Origin: Pseudomonadota bacterium
Lineage (GTDB): Bacteria; Pseudomonadota; Alphaproteobacteria; Caulobacterales; Hyphomonadaceae
NCBI GenBank assembly: GCA_039194965.1
Contig: JBCCVQ010000015.1
Span: 22,675-86,674 of the forward strand
Length of the DNA stretch: 64,000 nucleotides
Direction: 5' to 3'
Below are positions 1 through 10,766 of this stretch, one piece after another. Below the pieces are notes generated by a model. The model ran no database searches. It had not been told where the DNA came from and saw only the letters and a program-made list of their open reading frames with translations. How positions within the stretch are numbered: position 1 is the stretch's first letter; each line of letters starts with the position of its first letter. Made by a program: the position numbers and the translations under genes.

Positions 1-232
1 CTAGCGTCCCGCCGACCTGAAAGGTCAATATACTCGTGTTCGATGCTTCGATCACAGCTGGAAGGTTCAACTGAAACACATTTGAACTCGACTCGACCTC
101 AACCAGCTTCACCGGTCGTATTGGATCTGGCGTTTCAATTGCTTCAGGCGACCCGCACGATGCAAGCAACACTGATAACGCGGCTACAATTGATACTGCA
201 CATGTTCTCGTGCGGTTAGACGAACCAATCAT
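1..232 (-). CDS. Efflux RND-type periplasmic adaptor (membrane-fusion) lipoprotein; N-terminal fragment that runs off the left edge
   Basis: Absent from the ORF track because it has no stop in the window. Hand translation from the ATG at 232 gives MIGSSNRTRTCAVSIVAALSVLLASCGSPEAIETPDPIRPVKLVEVESSSNVFQLNLPAVIEASNTSILTFQVGGTL... It has a lipobox-like LLASC. The following segment (P.V.V..V ... P.V.EAS....L.FQV.G.L) is typical of HlyD/AcrA-family adaptors. Confidence 0.5.
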   Translation of the reverse strand, partial: MIGSSNRTRTCAVSIVAALSVLLASCGSPEAIETPDPIRPVKLVEVESSSNVFQLNLPAVIEASNTSILTFQVGGTL

Positions 233-549
233 AAGACACCCTTTTGCCGTTCGATCTTTGCAATTTGCTATAAACGAGTTGTACGTGTTGCATAGGTATT
301 GCCGTCTTGATCTCCTAAACGACCAAATTCTTGTTCCAAAGCTTGCTGACAATCAGCGACAAGTCCACGCCGATGCAGGTGTGAACTGATCAATAGCTGC
401 GCAAACGGGAGCAAAGCATATCGGTGTCCTATTGTTCGATCTATTTTTTCCCAAGAATTGCTGACCCTGGGGGAATATATACCTGTCAGTGATCGCAGGC
501 TAACTTACCTCAAGACGTTTCCAATTGAGAAATCGCAGGTCGGAGGAAA

Positions 550-2298
550 ATGGCTATGCATGATCTTGTTATTCGTGGCGGGACAGTGGTTGATGGAACG
601 GGCTCGGAGCCTTTTGTCGCCGATATAGCGATTGACGGCGACCGAGTGAGTCTTGTGGGAGACGTCAAGGCACAGGGGCGCGAAGAAATCGATGCCACGG
701 GACGAATTGTGACACCCGGCTTTGTTGATGTGCACACTCATTATGATGGCCAGGCGACCTGGGATGATGAAATGGCGCCCTCCAGCTGGCACGGAGTAAC
801 AACCGTTGTCATGGGCAATTGCGGTGTCGGGTTTGCGCCAGCAAAGCCGGACAAGCATGAATGGCTCATTGGCCTCATGGAAGGCGTGGAAGACATCCCA
901 GGTACGGCATTGGCGGAAGGCCTGCCATGGAACTGGGAAACCTTTCCAGAATACCTTGATGCGTTGGAAGGCTTGCCGCGCACAGTTGATGTGGCAACGC
1001 ATGTACCCCACGGCGCAGTACGGGCTTATGTTTTGGGCGACCGGGAAAAGCCCGGCGCAGTGCCAACCGACGAAGATGTGGAGCAGATGTCAAAGATTGT
1101 TGAAGACGGTCTCCGGGCCGGCGCGCTCGGTTTCTCAACATCGCGGACCATTCTCCACCGATCCGTGGACGGAGAACTCGTGCCTGGAACCACAGCAACA
1201 AAAGAAGAGCTCATTGGCATTGGACGAGCCATGGGCCGGGTCGGGCACGGTGTCTTTGAGATGGCGTCAGATCTCAATAAGGAATGGAAAGAGTTTGAGT
1301 GGATGGGGGCTCTAAGCCGCGAAACCGGATTGCCTGTCACTTTCGCCGCGCTGCAATCCATCGCCAAAGATTCTTCACTGGATGAACAGATTTCTCTGAT
1401 GCGCGCTGAGAATGAAAAGGGCGCCAATATCGTTGCGCAGATTGCATTACGTGGAAACGGCATTGTAATGGCGTGGCAGGGCACGGTTCATCCATTCATC
1501 TCTTATCCGAGTTGGCAGACCATCGCCGAACTGCCATGGGACAAACAACACGCGAAACTGAAAGACCCGGCATTCAAAGCCCAGCTCCTCAGCGAGGAGC
1601 CGGCACCTCCTGAACAGATCGACTTGCTTCCAATCTTCTTAATCATCACGCAAGGCTGGACGGCTCAGTTCGAGATGGATGAAGATTTCAACTATGAGCC
1701 TCAAGTGGAAGAGAGCGTTGCCGCCCGCGCTGAAGCTGCCGGTAAATCAGCCGCTGAATACGCCTATGACATGCTGATGGCCGATGATGGCAAAGGCTTT
1801 ATCTACCTGCCGATCCTGAATTATGTCGACGGCAATCTCGATTTTCTGGTCGAACTGCAACATGCAGACGACACTGTAAACAGTCTGTCAGACGGCGGCG
1901 CCCATTGCGGCACGATCTGTGATGCAGCAAGCCCAACATTCATGCTGGAGCATTGGGTAAACAAACGCCCACGCGGCACCATCGCGCTAGAAAACGCAAT
2001 CAAGCGCCAATGCCTCGACACAGCGAGACTTTATGGTCTGAATGACCGTGGCGTCCTCAAGCCAGGCTATCTAGCCGATGTGAACGTCATCGATTTGGAT
2101 CGCATCAAGCTCGGCAAACCATGGCTCGCCTTTGACCTACCCGCGGGGGGTAAGCGCCTGCTGCAGAAGGCAGAAGGCTATGATTACACCATTAAGTCAG
2201 GACAAGTCACTTTCAAGAGTGGCATCGTCACCGACAACCGCCCCGGCGGCCTCATTCGCGGGCCTCAGCAGGTGGAAAGACTGCAGGCTGCAGAATAG
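550..2298 (+). CDS. N-acyl-D-amino-acid deacylase (D-aminoacylase) family amidohydrolase
   Basis: 582-aa ORF with GGAGGA just upstream. It carries the amidohydrolase HxH metal motif PGFVDVHTHYDG, then GVTTVVMGNCGVGFAP, and a C-terminal GYLADVNVIDLD block, all typical of D-aminoacylases. Confidence 0.75.
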   Translation: MAMHDLVIRGGTVVDGTGSEPFVADIAIDGDRVSLVGDVKAQGREEIDATGRIVTPGFVDVHTHYDGQATWDDEMAPSSWHGVTTVVMGNCGVGFAPAKPDKHEWLIGLMEGVEDIPGTALAEGLPWNWETFPEYLDALEGLPRTVDVATHVPHGAVRAYVLGDREKPGAVPTDEDVEQMSKIVEDGLRAGALGFSTSRTILHRSVDGELVPGTTATKEELIGIGRAMGRVGHGVFEMASDLNKEWKEFEWMGALSRETGLPVTFAALQSIAKDSSLDEQISLMRAENEKGANIVAQIALRGNGIVMAWQGTVHPFISYPSWQTIAELPWDKQHAKLKDPAFKAQLLSEEPAPPEQIDLLPIFLIITQGWTAQFEMDEDFNYEPQVEESVAARAEAAGKSAAEYAYDMLMADDGKGFIYLPILNYVDGNLDFLVELQHADDTVNSLSDGGAHCGTICDAASPTFMLEHWVNKRPRGTIALENAIKRQCLDTARLYGLNDRGVLKPGYLADVNVIDLDRIKLGKPWLAFDLPAGGKRLLQKAEGYDYTIKSGQVTFKSGIVTDNRPGGLIRGPQQVERLQAAE

Positions 2299-2458
2299 TT
2301 GCACAAGCTAATCTGAGTCGTCAGATGGATCATATCGCCGGAGATACAGCGAGGCCGGAGCGTCATTGCTCAGCGCCTTTGTGACCTCGCCACCTGGCTT
2401 ACTGACCTTTTTGACCCACCGTTGGGTCCGAATAGTTCCGCTAAGTCCTTGAAATCCC

Positions 2459-2534
2459 TGGTGGGCGGTAACGGGCTCGAACCGCTGACCCTCTCGGTGT
2501 AAACGAGATGCTCTACCAACTGAGCTAACCGCCC
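2459..2534 (-). tRNA. tRNA-Val (anticodon TAC)
   Basis: The reverse complement reads GGGCGGTTAGCTCAGTTGGTAGAGCATCTCGTTTACACCGAGAGGGTCAGCGGTTCGAGCCCGTTACCGCCCACCA. This is 76 nt with a 7-bp acceptor stem, a D-loop AGTTGGTA, an anticodon loop TT-TAC-AC, a T-loop TTCGAGC and an encoded CCA. Confidence 0.93.
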
Positions 2535-2579
2535 TTCCGGGACGCATCCTTTGCCTTATCTTGGCCTGACATGCAAGAC

Positions 2580-2605
2580 GGCCCCTGACAGAAAAGTCAG
2601 GGGCC
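2580..2605 (-). terminator. Strong hairpin downstream of lon; candidate terminator or processing structure ahead of tRNA-Val
   Basis: Perfect 10-bp inverted repeat GGCCCCTGAC / GTCAGGGGCC with a 6-nt loop, 24 nt after the lon stop. The minus-strand transcript has no clean U-tract after the stem, so the terminator function is uncertain. Confidence 0.5.
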
Positions 2606-2628
2606 GCTGCGGTTTTATGGATTTGGCC

Positions 2629-5037
2629 CTAGTGGCGAACCGATGCGCTGCCATCATTCGAGCTGCTGCGCCCGGCCAATGTCGCCGCAAGGGCTTGTTC
2701 ATCCTCTTCCGACCATTCAATCGGAGACAATGGACGCACCAAGGCGCGGGCCAGAACCTCATCAATATCGCTGACCGGGATGATAGATAGGCTTTCCTTC
2801 ACATTATCAGGAATATCCGCCAAATCTTTCTCATTCTCTTCCGGAATGAGAACGGTCTTGATCCCACCGCGCAGCGCCGCGAGGAGCTTCTCTTTGAGGC
2901 CGCCAATCGGCAAAACACGGCCACGCAGCGAAATTTCGCCGGTCATGGCGACGTCGCGGTGAACCGGATTACCGGTCAAAAGCGACACCATCGCTGTGGT
3001 CATGGCGATACCCGCACTCGGGCCATCTTTCGGCGTTGCCCCATCTGGCACGTGAACGTGGATGTCCGTCGTGTTGAAGGTGCTTGGCTTGATGCCGAGC
3101 GTGACAGCGCGCGATTTTACCAGCGATTGCGCAGCTGAGATGGATTCTTTCATCACATCACGCAAGTTACCCGTCACTTTGGTATTGCCGCGACCTGGCA
3201 TCGATACGGCCTCAACCGTCAACAAATCGCCACCAACTTCGGTCCATGCGAGACCCGTAACCGCACCGATTTGGTCTTCTTCGTCGGCCAATCCGAAGCG
3301 GAATTTCCGCACACCTGAATAATCCGCGAGATTATCAGCTGAAACGATGACTTTGACGATGCCATTATTGCCGAGTTCGCGAACAGCTTTACGGGCAAGT
3401 CTCGCCAGTTCCCGCTCGAGCGAGCGAACACCCGCTTCTCGCGTATAGTAACGTAGCAAATCGCGAATGGCGTCGGATTCGACCACCCACTCTTCTTCGT
3501 TCAAGCCATGATCGGCGCGAATCTTTGGTAACAGGTGACGCTCCGCAATTTCGCGCTTCTCATCCTCAGTATAGCCAGCGATGCGGATGATCTCCATCCG
3601 GTCTAGCAATGGCTGAGGCATGTTGAGACTGTTCGCCGTGGTGACGAACATGACGTCAGACAAGTCGTAATCAACTTCCAGATAATGGTCGTTGAAGGTC
3701 GAGTTCTGAGCTGGGTCCAACACCTCGAGCAAAGCCGCAGACGGATCCCCGCGATGGTCCATGCCCATTTTGTCAATCTCATCCAGCAAGAAGAGTGGAT
3801 TGCCCGTTTTGGCTTTCTTCAGGCTTTGAATGATGCGTCCTGGCATAGACCCAATATAGGTCCGGCGATGGCCACGAATCTCGCTCTCATCGCGCACGCC
3901 GCCTAGCGAAACGCGCACAAAGTCGCGACCCGTCGCATCAGCGATTGACTTACCAAGGGAGGTTTTACCGACCCCTGGAGGGCCAACGAGACACAAGATC
4001 GGACCTCGCAGCTTGTTCGTTCGCTTCTGAACGGCGAGATACTCAAGGATGCGCTCTTTGACTTTCTCCAGACCATAATGATCGTCATTCAGCTGCGTTT
4101 CTGCGGCATCCAAGTCGGTTGAGATGTCTTTGCGTTCGTCCCAAGGCAGAGACAGCAACCAGTCCAGATAATTGCGAACCACGGTCGATTCTGCCGACAT
4201 TGGGCTCATCTGGCGCAGTTTCTTGACCTCTTGCTCAGCCTTTGCGCGAGCTTCTTCTGAGAGTCCGGTCTCTTTAATTTTCTCTTCGATTTCAGCGACT
4301 TCGTCGCGCTCGCCTTCGCCTTGATCGCCAAGCTCGCGCTGAATGGCTTTCATTTGCTCATTCAGATAGTACTCGCGTTGAGACTTCTCCATCTGACGCT
4401 TGACGCGGTTTTTAATCTTCCGCTCCATCTGCATCATGCCCATTTCGCCTTCCATCAGCGAGAGGACTTTCTCCAGACGGTCTTTGACGTCAGACAATTC
4501 CAACAGACTTTGTTTTTCAGACAGTTTGACCTGTAGCTGTGACGCGACCGCGTCAGCGAGCTTTCCAGGCTCAGCGATGTCGGAAATCGTCGACACTGAT
4601 TCTGGTGGGATTTTTCGGTTCAGTTTGGCATAATTTTCGAACTGTTCAGTCACCGCGCGCATCAGCGCTTCGAGTTCGCTGGTGCTCGCATCCACCGGTT
4701 CGATAATGCCGACTTCAGCGATATAATAATCGCCGCGGTCTTCCAATTGATTGAGACGCGCACGGTTGCCGCCTTCGACCAGCACTTTCACAGTCCCGTC
4801 TGGAAGCTTCAAAAGCTGCAATATAGTGGCGGTTGTGCCAACGGCGTGGAGATCGTCGGCACTTGGGTCATCCGTTGAGGGATCCTTTTGCGCGACCAGC
4901 ATGATCTCGTTCTGGTTTTCATCGACCATTTCGAGCGCGCGTACAGACTTATCTCGGCCCACAAAAAGCGGCGCCACCATGTCTGGAAACACAACAATAT
5001 CTCTCAGCGGGAGAACTGGGAGGTTTTTCGTCGTCAT
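2629..5037 (-). CDS. lon: ATP-dependent Lon protease
   Basis: 802 aa. It has an N-terminal LON domain ([13 protein letters not shown]), Walker [10 protein letters not shown], and the protease serine motif PKDGPSAG. Confidence 0.97.
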   Translation of the reverse strand: MTTKNLPVLPLRDIVVFPDMVAPLFVGRDKSVRALEMVDENQNEIMLVAQKDPSTDDPSADDLHAVGTTATILQLLKLPDGTVKVLVEGGNRARLNQLEDRGDYYIAEVGIIEPVDASTSELEALMRAVTEQFENYAKLNRKIPPESVSTISDIAEPGKLADAVASQLQVKLSEKQSLLELSDVKDRLEKVLSLMEGEMGMMQMERKIKNRVKRQMEKSQREYYLNEQMKAIQRELGDQGEGERDEVAEIEEKIKETGLSEEARAKAEQEVKKLRQMSPMSAESTVVRNYLDWLLSLPWDERKDISTDLDAAETQLNDDHYGLEKVKERILEYLAVQKRTNKLRGPILCLVGPPGVGKTSLGKSIADATGRDFVRVSLGGVRDESEIRGHRRTYIGSMPGRIIQSLKKAKTGNPLFLLDEIDKMGMDHRGDPSAALLEVLDPAQNSTFNDHYLEVDYDLSDVMFVTTANSLNMPQPLLDRMEIIRIAGYTEDEKREIAERHLLPKIRADHGLNEEEWVVESDAIRDLLRYYTREAGVRSLERELARLARKAVRELGNNGIVKVIVSADNLADYSGVRKFRFGLADEEDQIGAVTGLAWTEVGGDLLTVEAVSMPGRGNTKVTGNLRDVMKESISAAQSLVKSRAVTLGIKPSTFNTTDIHVHVPDGATPKDGPSAGIAMTTAMVSLLTGNPVHRDVAMTGEISLRGRVLPIGGLKEKLLAALRGGIKTVLIPEENEKDLADIPDNVKESLSIIPVSDIDEVLARALVRPLSPIEWSEEDEQALAATLAGRSSSNDGSASVRH

Positions 5038-5177
5038 AGCTGACTCCTTTGTTTCTGGCCCCGCTCAGCGGCGACCATCACCTTCACCCTGTTGTCGGAT
5101 GATTCTTGGCGTCTCTATTATTTGTTAATCACAGTTGTCGAGTTCAACCACAAAATTGCGGTGGAAAACTGCGAATT

Positions 5178-5197
5178 TAATCCTATGGGCAGGATTA
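5178..5197 (-). terminator. Weak AT-rich hairpin immediately after the clpX stop
   Basis: TAATCCT / AGGATTA 7-bp stem with a 6-nt loop that begins 1 nt after the clpX stop. A TTTT run lies about 12 nt further on in the minus-strand transcript. The stem is weak. Confidence 0.25.
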
Positions 5198-5198
5198 T

Positions 5199-6473
5199 CT
5201 AGGACGCTTCGTTCGGTTGAACTTGCTTTGCATGCACGTAAAGCGGTTTAGCATTGCCATCGACCACTTCTGCATTGATCACAACTTCGTCGACACCACG
5301 CAGACCCGGCAGCTCGAACATTGTGTCGAGCAGGATAGATTCCATGATCGAACGCAAGCCGCGCGCACCGGTTTTCCGATCAATCGCTTTCTTCGCCACA
5401 GCGGTCATCGCATCTGGCGTGAAGGTCAAATTGACGTCCTCCATCTCAAACAGCTTTTGATACTGTTTGACGAGCGCGTTTTTAGGCTCGGTCAGGATGG
5501 TTACGAGTGCGTCTTCATCCAAATCTTCCAAAGTCGCTAGGACCGGAAGACGGCCAATAAATTCTGGGATCAGACCATAACGTTGCAAATCTTCAGGCTC
5601 GACCGTACGCAGGACTTCACCGACGCGGCGCGCCTCTGGGTCTTGTACATCGGCGCCAAAGCCGATCGACGTCGCTTCGCCGCGTGAGGAGATAATCTTG
5701 TCGAGGCCGGCAAAAGCGCCCCCACAAATGAACAGGATGTTGGTCGTGTCGACTTGCAGGAATTCTTGCTGTGGATGTTTGCGGCCACCTTGCGGAGGAA
5801 CCGCAGCAACCGTACCTTCCATGAGCTTGAGCAGCGCCTGCTGAACACCTTCACCCGATACATCGCGGGTAATGGATGGATTGTCTGACTTGCGAGAGAT
5901 CTTATCGATTTCGTCGATATAGACGATGCCGCGTTGCGCGCGCTCGACATTATAATCGGAGGCTTGCAGGAGCTTCAGAACGATATTCTCGACGTCCTCA
6001 CCAACATAACCGGCTTCGGTCAGCGTCGTCGCATCTGCCATTGTGAACGGCACATCCAAAACGCGTGCTAAAGTCTGCGCGAGAAGGGTCTTACCGCAAC
6101 CGGTGGGACCGATGAGCATGATGTTCGATTTGGCCAGTTCAACCCCATCTGCACCGCCCGGATTGGCGAGACGCTTATAGTGGTTGTGAACTGCCACAGA
6201 GAGGATGCGCTTGGCATAGCTTTGACCGATCACATAATCGTCAAGCACTTCGCAAATCTCTTGCGGGGTTGGAACGCCCTCTTTCGCTTTAAAGCCCGAA
6301 GCTTTGTTTTCTTCGCGAATGATGTCCATGCAGAGCTCAACGCATTCATCACAAATGAAGACCGTTGGACCCGCAATGAGCTTTTTCACTTCGTGCTGGC
6401 TCTTTCCGCAGAAAGAGCAATAGAGCGTATTCTTCGAATCGCCGCCAGAACCGTTTTGCTTTGCCATGGGCAA
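5199..6473 (-). CDS. clpX: ATP-dependent Clp protease ATP-binding subunit ClpX
   Basis: 424 aa. It has the zinc-binding N-domain [26 protein letters not shown] and Walker A GPTGCGKT. It lies directly downstream of clpP. Confidence 0.97.
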   Translation of the reverse strand: MPMAKQNGSGGDSKNTLYCSFCGKSQHEVKKLIAGPTVFICDECVELCMDIIREENKASGFKAKEGVPTPQEICEVLDDYVIGQSYAKRILSVAVHNHYKRLANPGGADGVELAKSNIMLIGPTGCGKTLLAQTLARVLDVPFTMADATTLTEAGYVGEDVENIVLKLLQASDYNVERAQRGIVYIDEIDKISRKSDNPSITRDVSGEGVQQALLKLMEGTVAAVPPQGGRKHPQQEFLQVDTTNILFICGGAFAGLDKIISSRGEATSIGFGADVQDPEARRVGEVLRTVEPEDLQRYGLIPEFIGRLPVLATLEDLDEDALVTILTEPKNALVKQYQKLFEMEDVNLTFTPDAMTAVAKKAIDRKTGARGLRSIMESILLDTMFELPGLRGVDEVVINAEVVDGNAKPLYVHAKQVQPNEAS

Positions 6474-6601
6474 CCTCTATGACACGCATGGATTAACATG
6501 CGCTTTACTGGGACCGAATCCCACACTCTACTCGTAACTCTATAACCCTGACGGGCAGGCGCAAGCCTTAGCTCTCATTCCTAATGCAGGATGAGTGCCT
6601 A

Positions 6602-7225
6602 TTAATCTTCACTTGGATCCGCGCGGCGTTCATAGACCGTATCAACAATTCCAAAGTCTTTCGCATCATCAGCTGTCATGAACGTGTCACGATCGAGTTT
6701 TTTCTCAATCGTTTCATAGTCTTGCCCAGTATGCTTCACGTAGATTTCGTTCAAGCGGCGCTTCAAATCCAAGATTTCTTCGGCGTGCCGTTCAATATCA
6801 GTGGCCACACCGCGATATCCGCCGGAGGGCTGGTGAACCATAACGCGTGAGTTTGGTAGGGCGATCCGGCTGCCTTTATCGCCTGCAGCGAGCAATAAAG
6901 ATCCCATGCTCGCAGCTTGTCCGATGCACAATGTTGAGATCGGGCATCGAATATATTGCATCGTATCATAGATCGCCAAACCGGCCGTGACGTAACCGCC
7001 TGGGCTGTTGATATAAATGCCGACATCTTTTTTCGGGTTTTCTGATTCTAAAAACAGAAGCTGTGCGCAGACCAAAGAGGCGGTCGTGTCATCGATTGGC
7101 CCAGTGATGAAGATCAGGCGCTCTTTCAGCAGGCGCGAAAAGATATCGAACGCGCGCTCGCCGCGGCTGGTTTGCTCAATAACAGTGGGGACCAGATTCA
7201 CATCAGTCGGGCGTGGATCGAACAT
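6602..7225 (-). CDS. clpP: ATP-dependent Clp protease proteolytic subunit ClpP
   Basis: The track ORF extends to 7288. I chose the internal start [33 protein letters not shown] because it matches canonical ClpP N-termini. The catalytic Ser is in [11 protein letters not shown] and the His is in MVHQPSGG. Confidence 0.93.
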   Translation of the reverse strand: MFDPRPTDVNLVPTVIEQTSRGERAFDIFSRLLKERLIFITGPIDDTTASLVCAQLLFLESENPKKDVGIYINSPGGYVTAGLAIYDTMQYIRCPISTLCIGQAASMGSLLLAAGDKGSRIALPNSRVMVHQPSGGYRGVATDIERHAEEILDLKRRLNEIYVKHTGQDYETIEKKLDRDTFMTADDAKDFGIVDTVYERRADPSED

Positions 7226-7336
7226 AAAATTACCTTCAAGCGGAATAAAGTTGGCCAAGAACTGGCAGACGCTGACATATTTGTCCATTCGCCAAGAGAT
7301 ACAAGGTGTGGATGGCGCTTAACCGAACAATTCTTG

Positions 7337-7687
7337 CTAACTGCCTCTCGGCATCGGGGTGCCGTATTTCTGAGCAAAATACTTAGCGATATTACGCGCC
7401 GAGCCGAGATGCGACTTGCCGCGATCAACCCGAACGCCGGACAGGTCAGATGTGTCGACGGTATCGCCGAGCACCAAAGTTGGTGCGTTCCACCGGCCCT
7501 CCCCCAAGACGACGCAAATCGGCGCACGCGGATGCTCTATTCCGACATAATGAATGTCGAGCGCTTCCTTGATCGCCGGATAGTAACTCAGTACGCCCCA
7601 AAGCTCGGCGCATTCCGGGCAGAACTCACGGCGGCCATTGTCCTCAAAGCCGGGGGCGAGAAGAAATAAAGTGTCTTTGCTCATCAT
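7337..7687 (-). CDS. DUF3088-like small protein with a CPEC (CxxC) motif
   Basis: 116-aa ORF whose ATG overlaps the hflX TGA by 4 nt (ATGA at 7684-7687). The sequence LFLLAPGFEDNGRREFCPECAELWGVL resembles the DUF3088 family as I remember it. Confidence 0.6.
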   Translation of the reverse strand: MMSKDTLFLLAPGFEDNGRREFCPECAELWGVLSYYPAIKEALDIHYVGIEHPRAPICVVLGEGRWNAPTLVLGDTVDTSDLSGVRVDRGKSHLGSARNIAKYFAQKYGTPMPRGS

Positions 7688-9024
7688 GCATCCTCTAATC
7701 GCGTGAATTGATCGGCTGCGTGCGGAAATTTGACCGCCAAACGTCCGAACTCATCACGGGTGACGCTGATATGAAGTTCAGCATTGCCAGCGTCGTCAAA
7801 TGTCTCGGTCTCGACCTGTGTATTGGCATGCAGCCACGCTCGCAATGCGCCATCTTTATGCGTGAGACGCGCGCAAATTCGCGCGCGGTCCCGATCGAGA
7901 ATGCGCTCCACCTCCATCAGAAGCTCATCAATGCCCTCTCCAGAAATGGCGGAGACAGACACAGCGATCAATTCCTCTGACAAGCGCGTCCGCTCGGCCT
8001 CGAGGCCTGCTCTGACCTCAGCAGAGACCAAATCAATCTTGTTCCAGACCTCAATCATTGGCGGAAGCGCGACGCCTGTGAGGTCGGATAATTGAGACAG
8101 AACCTTCAGCACGTCCTGCTTCTGGTCATCATCTGCATCGCTGGATCGGTCACGAACGTGAATAAGGAGGTCGGCTTCCAAAGCCTCTTCCAAGGTGGCG
8201 CGGAAACTATCAACCAAATGCGTGGGCAGATCGGAGATGAATCCGACCGTATCGATCAAACTCGCCTCGCCGAGATTCGGGAGGTCCAGTTTGCGGATCG
8301 TCGTATCCAGTGTGGCGAAGGGCATGTCTTTGGCCATGACATCCGCACCCGTCAGATGGTTGAACAGAGTCGACTTCCCAGCATTGGTGTAACCAACCAA
8401 GGCCAAAATCGGAGTTTCGCGGCGGCGGCGACCCGCCCGCTGCACACGGCGCGTCCGCTGGACATCTGCCAAATCGCGGCGCAAGCGCCTGACGGCGCGG
8501 TCGATCATCCGTTTGTCGGCTTCCAATTGTGTTTCGCCCGGACCACCTAAGAAACCGCGACCACCGCGTTGTCGTTCCAAGTGCGTCCAAGTGCGGACCA
8601 GGCGCGAACGCTCATACAGCAAGCGCGCCAATTCAACTTGTAACCGCCCTTCTTTCGTCCGCGCGCGCAAGCCAAAGATCTCAAGGATTAAACCGGTGCG
8701 GTCGATGACCTTGACACCCAGTCGATTTTCCAAGTTCCGCTGCTGGATGGGGCTCAGCGCAGCATCGATGATGACGATTGAACAGTCATGCCCGTGCACG
8801 TCTGCTGCGAGGCGATCGAGCAGACCACCAGAAAGCAAATAGCCCGGCGTCGGCTTTCGCACATTTTCGGGCCGAATGAATTCGAGCTCACACCCGAGCG
8901 CTTCCACAAGACCGGCTGATTCCTCAAGGCGCACCTCGCTCGGCCGCTCTGAAGTCAGAGTCCAGGGGATGATAAGTCCAGCCTTTTCAGGCCTTTGTTC
9001 CAACTCAATGGGTGTTTGCGTCAA
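7684..9024 (-). CDS. hflX: GTPase HflX
   Basis: 446 aa. It has G1 GYTNAGKSTLFN, G3 DTVGF and G4 NKID. It lies immediately downstream of hfq, which is the conserved arrangement. Confidence 0.92.
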   Translation of the reverse strand: MTQTPIELEQRPEKAGLIIPWTLTSERPSEVRLEESAGLVEALGCELEFIRPENVRKPTPGYLLSGGLLDRLAADVHGHDCSIVIIDAALSPIQQRNLENRLGVKVIDRTGLILEIFGLRARTKEGRLQVELARLLYERSRLVRTWTHLERQRGGRGFLGGPGETQLEADKRMIDRAVRRLRRDLADVQRTRRVQRAGRRRRETPILALVGYTNAGKSTLFNHLTGADVMAKDMPFATLDTTIRKLDLPNLGEASLIDTVGFISDLPTHLVDSFRATLEEALEADLLIHVRDRSSDADDDQKQDVLKVLSQLSDLTGVALPPMIEVWNKIDLVSAEVRAGLEAERTRLSEELIAVSVSAISGEGIDELLMEVERILDRDRARICARLTHKDGALRAWLHANTQVETETFDDAGNAELHISVTRDEFGRLAVKFPHAADQFTRLEDA

Positions 9025-9029
9025 GTGAC

Positions 9030-9272
9030 CTAGCTATCGTCTTCATCGAAGAGTTGCACGTGTGCGCCTGGCGCAATGGTCGAGATTGCGTGCTTGTAAA
9101 CCAGTTGCGGGGGGCGTCCATCGCCACGCAACAACACACAAAAGTTATCGAACCAGGTGACAACGCCTTGTAATTTCACACCATTCACAAGGAATATGGT
9201 CAATGGTGTCTTGGATTTACGGACCGCGTTTAAGAAAGTGTCCTGGAGGTTCTGCTTTTTATCTGAAGACAT
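9030..9272 (-). CDS. hfq: RNA chaperone Hfq
   Basis: 80 aa. The Sm1/Sm2 motifs are [39 protein letters not shown]...YKHAISTI. Confidence 0.97.
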   Translation of the reverse strand: MSSDKKQNLQDTFLNAVRKSKTPLTIFLVNGVKLQGVVTWFDNFCVLLRGDGRPPQLVYKHAISTIAPGAHVQLFDEDDS

Positions 9273-9342
9273 GTTTTGCCTGTCCTTCTTTTATATTGCA
9301 GCGGCTATAACGATTGCGCAAAAATGGCAAGCGATCGGGCGG

Positions 9343-10752
9343 TTATCTTTGCCAAAATGAAGGATTCAGAGCCGGAAGAAGCGCAATCACCTCTAAACGC
9401 CCAAGAATCATCCCCAAAATCACACAAAATTGGGCAACACCGGTCAGCTCCGCATTCATTCCGGCAATGATGTGACCCGCATTCGACAGACTGCCAATGC
9501 CAGCGCGTATGGCATCGTCAAACGCCAATCCGGTCGCGCTGAGCAGCAAAGTCCCGAGCGTTGAGGCAACAATATAGCCAACCAAGTAAACCCAAACGCC
9601 CATAACCGTGCGATCCGATTGGCGCCGACGGCGGAAAGTGAAGTGTTTAATACTGCCGCGATACCCCAATTGTACGAATTCCAGCGCAACGCGGCGACTG
9701 AGAACGATCAAACGCGCCAATTTGAACCCGCCTGCCGCGGACAATGCGGACCCGCCGATAACGACCGGAAATAGAACCAATACAATCGGCAAACGTGAAA
9801 ACTGTTGGGGGTCGGTGAGCGCGATCCCGCTCGTCGCGAGCGACGATGTCGCCCACCCAACACTTTCGATCAACGGCAGGCCTGCAAAAAACGCCAGCGT
9901 CGTGACCAAGAAAAGTGAACCGATCCACGCCAGTGTCTCTGGATCCACGAGGACGGCGCGCGCGCGCCCCTGGCCCGCCCCATCGACTGCGATCAGTCCC
10001 AATGTCCCCAAAACCAGACCGACCCACAAGACAAATGAATGAATGGTTCCGGCTTGCGGCGCCATATTGTAAGCCATTGGGTCTACCATGCCCGTGGTCA
10101 CGGCGCTTACGGCACCGGCGAGCGCATCCCGCGGTGCCAATCCGAGCGCGAGTAGAAAGGCCGCCAAAACGACTGTACAACTTATGACCAGTGCACCGCT
10201 CACACGAATGGCCCGAATGATCGGATCGAAAAAGCTCGTCTCGGGTTCGCTGAAGAAGCGATTGCGATGCACACCCGGACCCCCAAGGTTCATGCCCGAA
10301 AAGACGCTCGCGGCGATTGTTATGCTGGCAACCGCTCCCATCAAGTGCAGCATAGCGCGCCAGACAAAGATGCTGGTGGGCATAGGGTTTTGGATCGGAT
10401 CGACGCGACTATGACCGGTTGTCGTCAGGTTCGATACGCTTTCATAATAGGCCGAAAGAAAGTCGGAATTGCCAAGATAATCGACGAACGGAATGGCCGC
10501 GATCGCGCCGCCAACGGACCAAAACAGAAGCGCCACCGCCAACCCATCTCGCGCTTGCGCTCTTTTCTGCGGTTTATCCGTGAGAAGGATCACTGTCGAT
10601 CCGATTGCACCAAGGCTGATCGCGGTTCCGGCAAAAACCAGCAACTGTTGAGTCTCGCCTGTCGCAACAGCCACCAAGAAGCAGACGCCCATCGAAATCG
10701 CGAATGCGAGTGTGACGAAACAAAAAACTCGAACGACAGCGAGATGGTTCAA
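9343..10752 (-). CDS. trkH: Trk-type potassium uptake membrane subunit TrkH
   Basis: 469-aa polytopic membrane protein with four P-loop-like segments (NLTTTGHS, AVTTGMV, SLATSGIA, SLSNAGHI). It lies directly downstream of trkA. Confidence 0.8.
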   Translation of the reverse strand: MNHLAVVRVFCFVTLAFAISMGVCFLVAVATGETQQLLVFAGTAISLGAIGSTVILLTDKPQKRAQARDGLAVALLFWSVGGAIAAIPFVDYLGNSDFLSAYYESVSNLTTTGHSRVDPIQNPMPTSIFVWRAMLHLMGAVASITIAASVFSGMNLGGPGVHRNRFFSEPETSFFDPIIRAIRVSGALVISCTVVLAAFLLALGLAPRDALAGAVSAVTTGMVDPMAYNMAPQAGTIHSFVLWVGLVLGTLGLIAVDGAGQGRARAVLVDPETLAWIGSLFLVTTLAFFAGLPLIESVGWATSSLATSGIALTDPQQFSRLPIVLVLFPVVIGGSALSAAGGFKLARLIVLSRRVALEFVQLGYRGSIKHFTFRRRRQSDRTVMGVWVYLVGYIVASTLGTLLLSATGLAFDDAIRAGIGSLSNAGHIIAGMNAELTGVAQFCVILGMILGRLEVIALLPALNPSFWQR

Positions 10753-10766
10753 ACAGTCACTCCTGC

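Noticed and set aside
2308-2547. 79-aa minus-strand ORF
   Set aside because: It overlaps tRNA-Val, and the tRNA cloverleaf explains the sequence.
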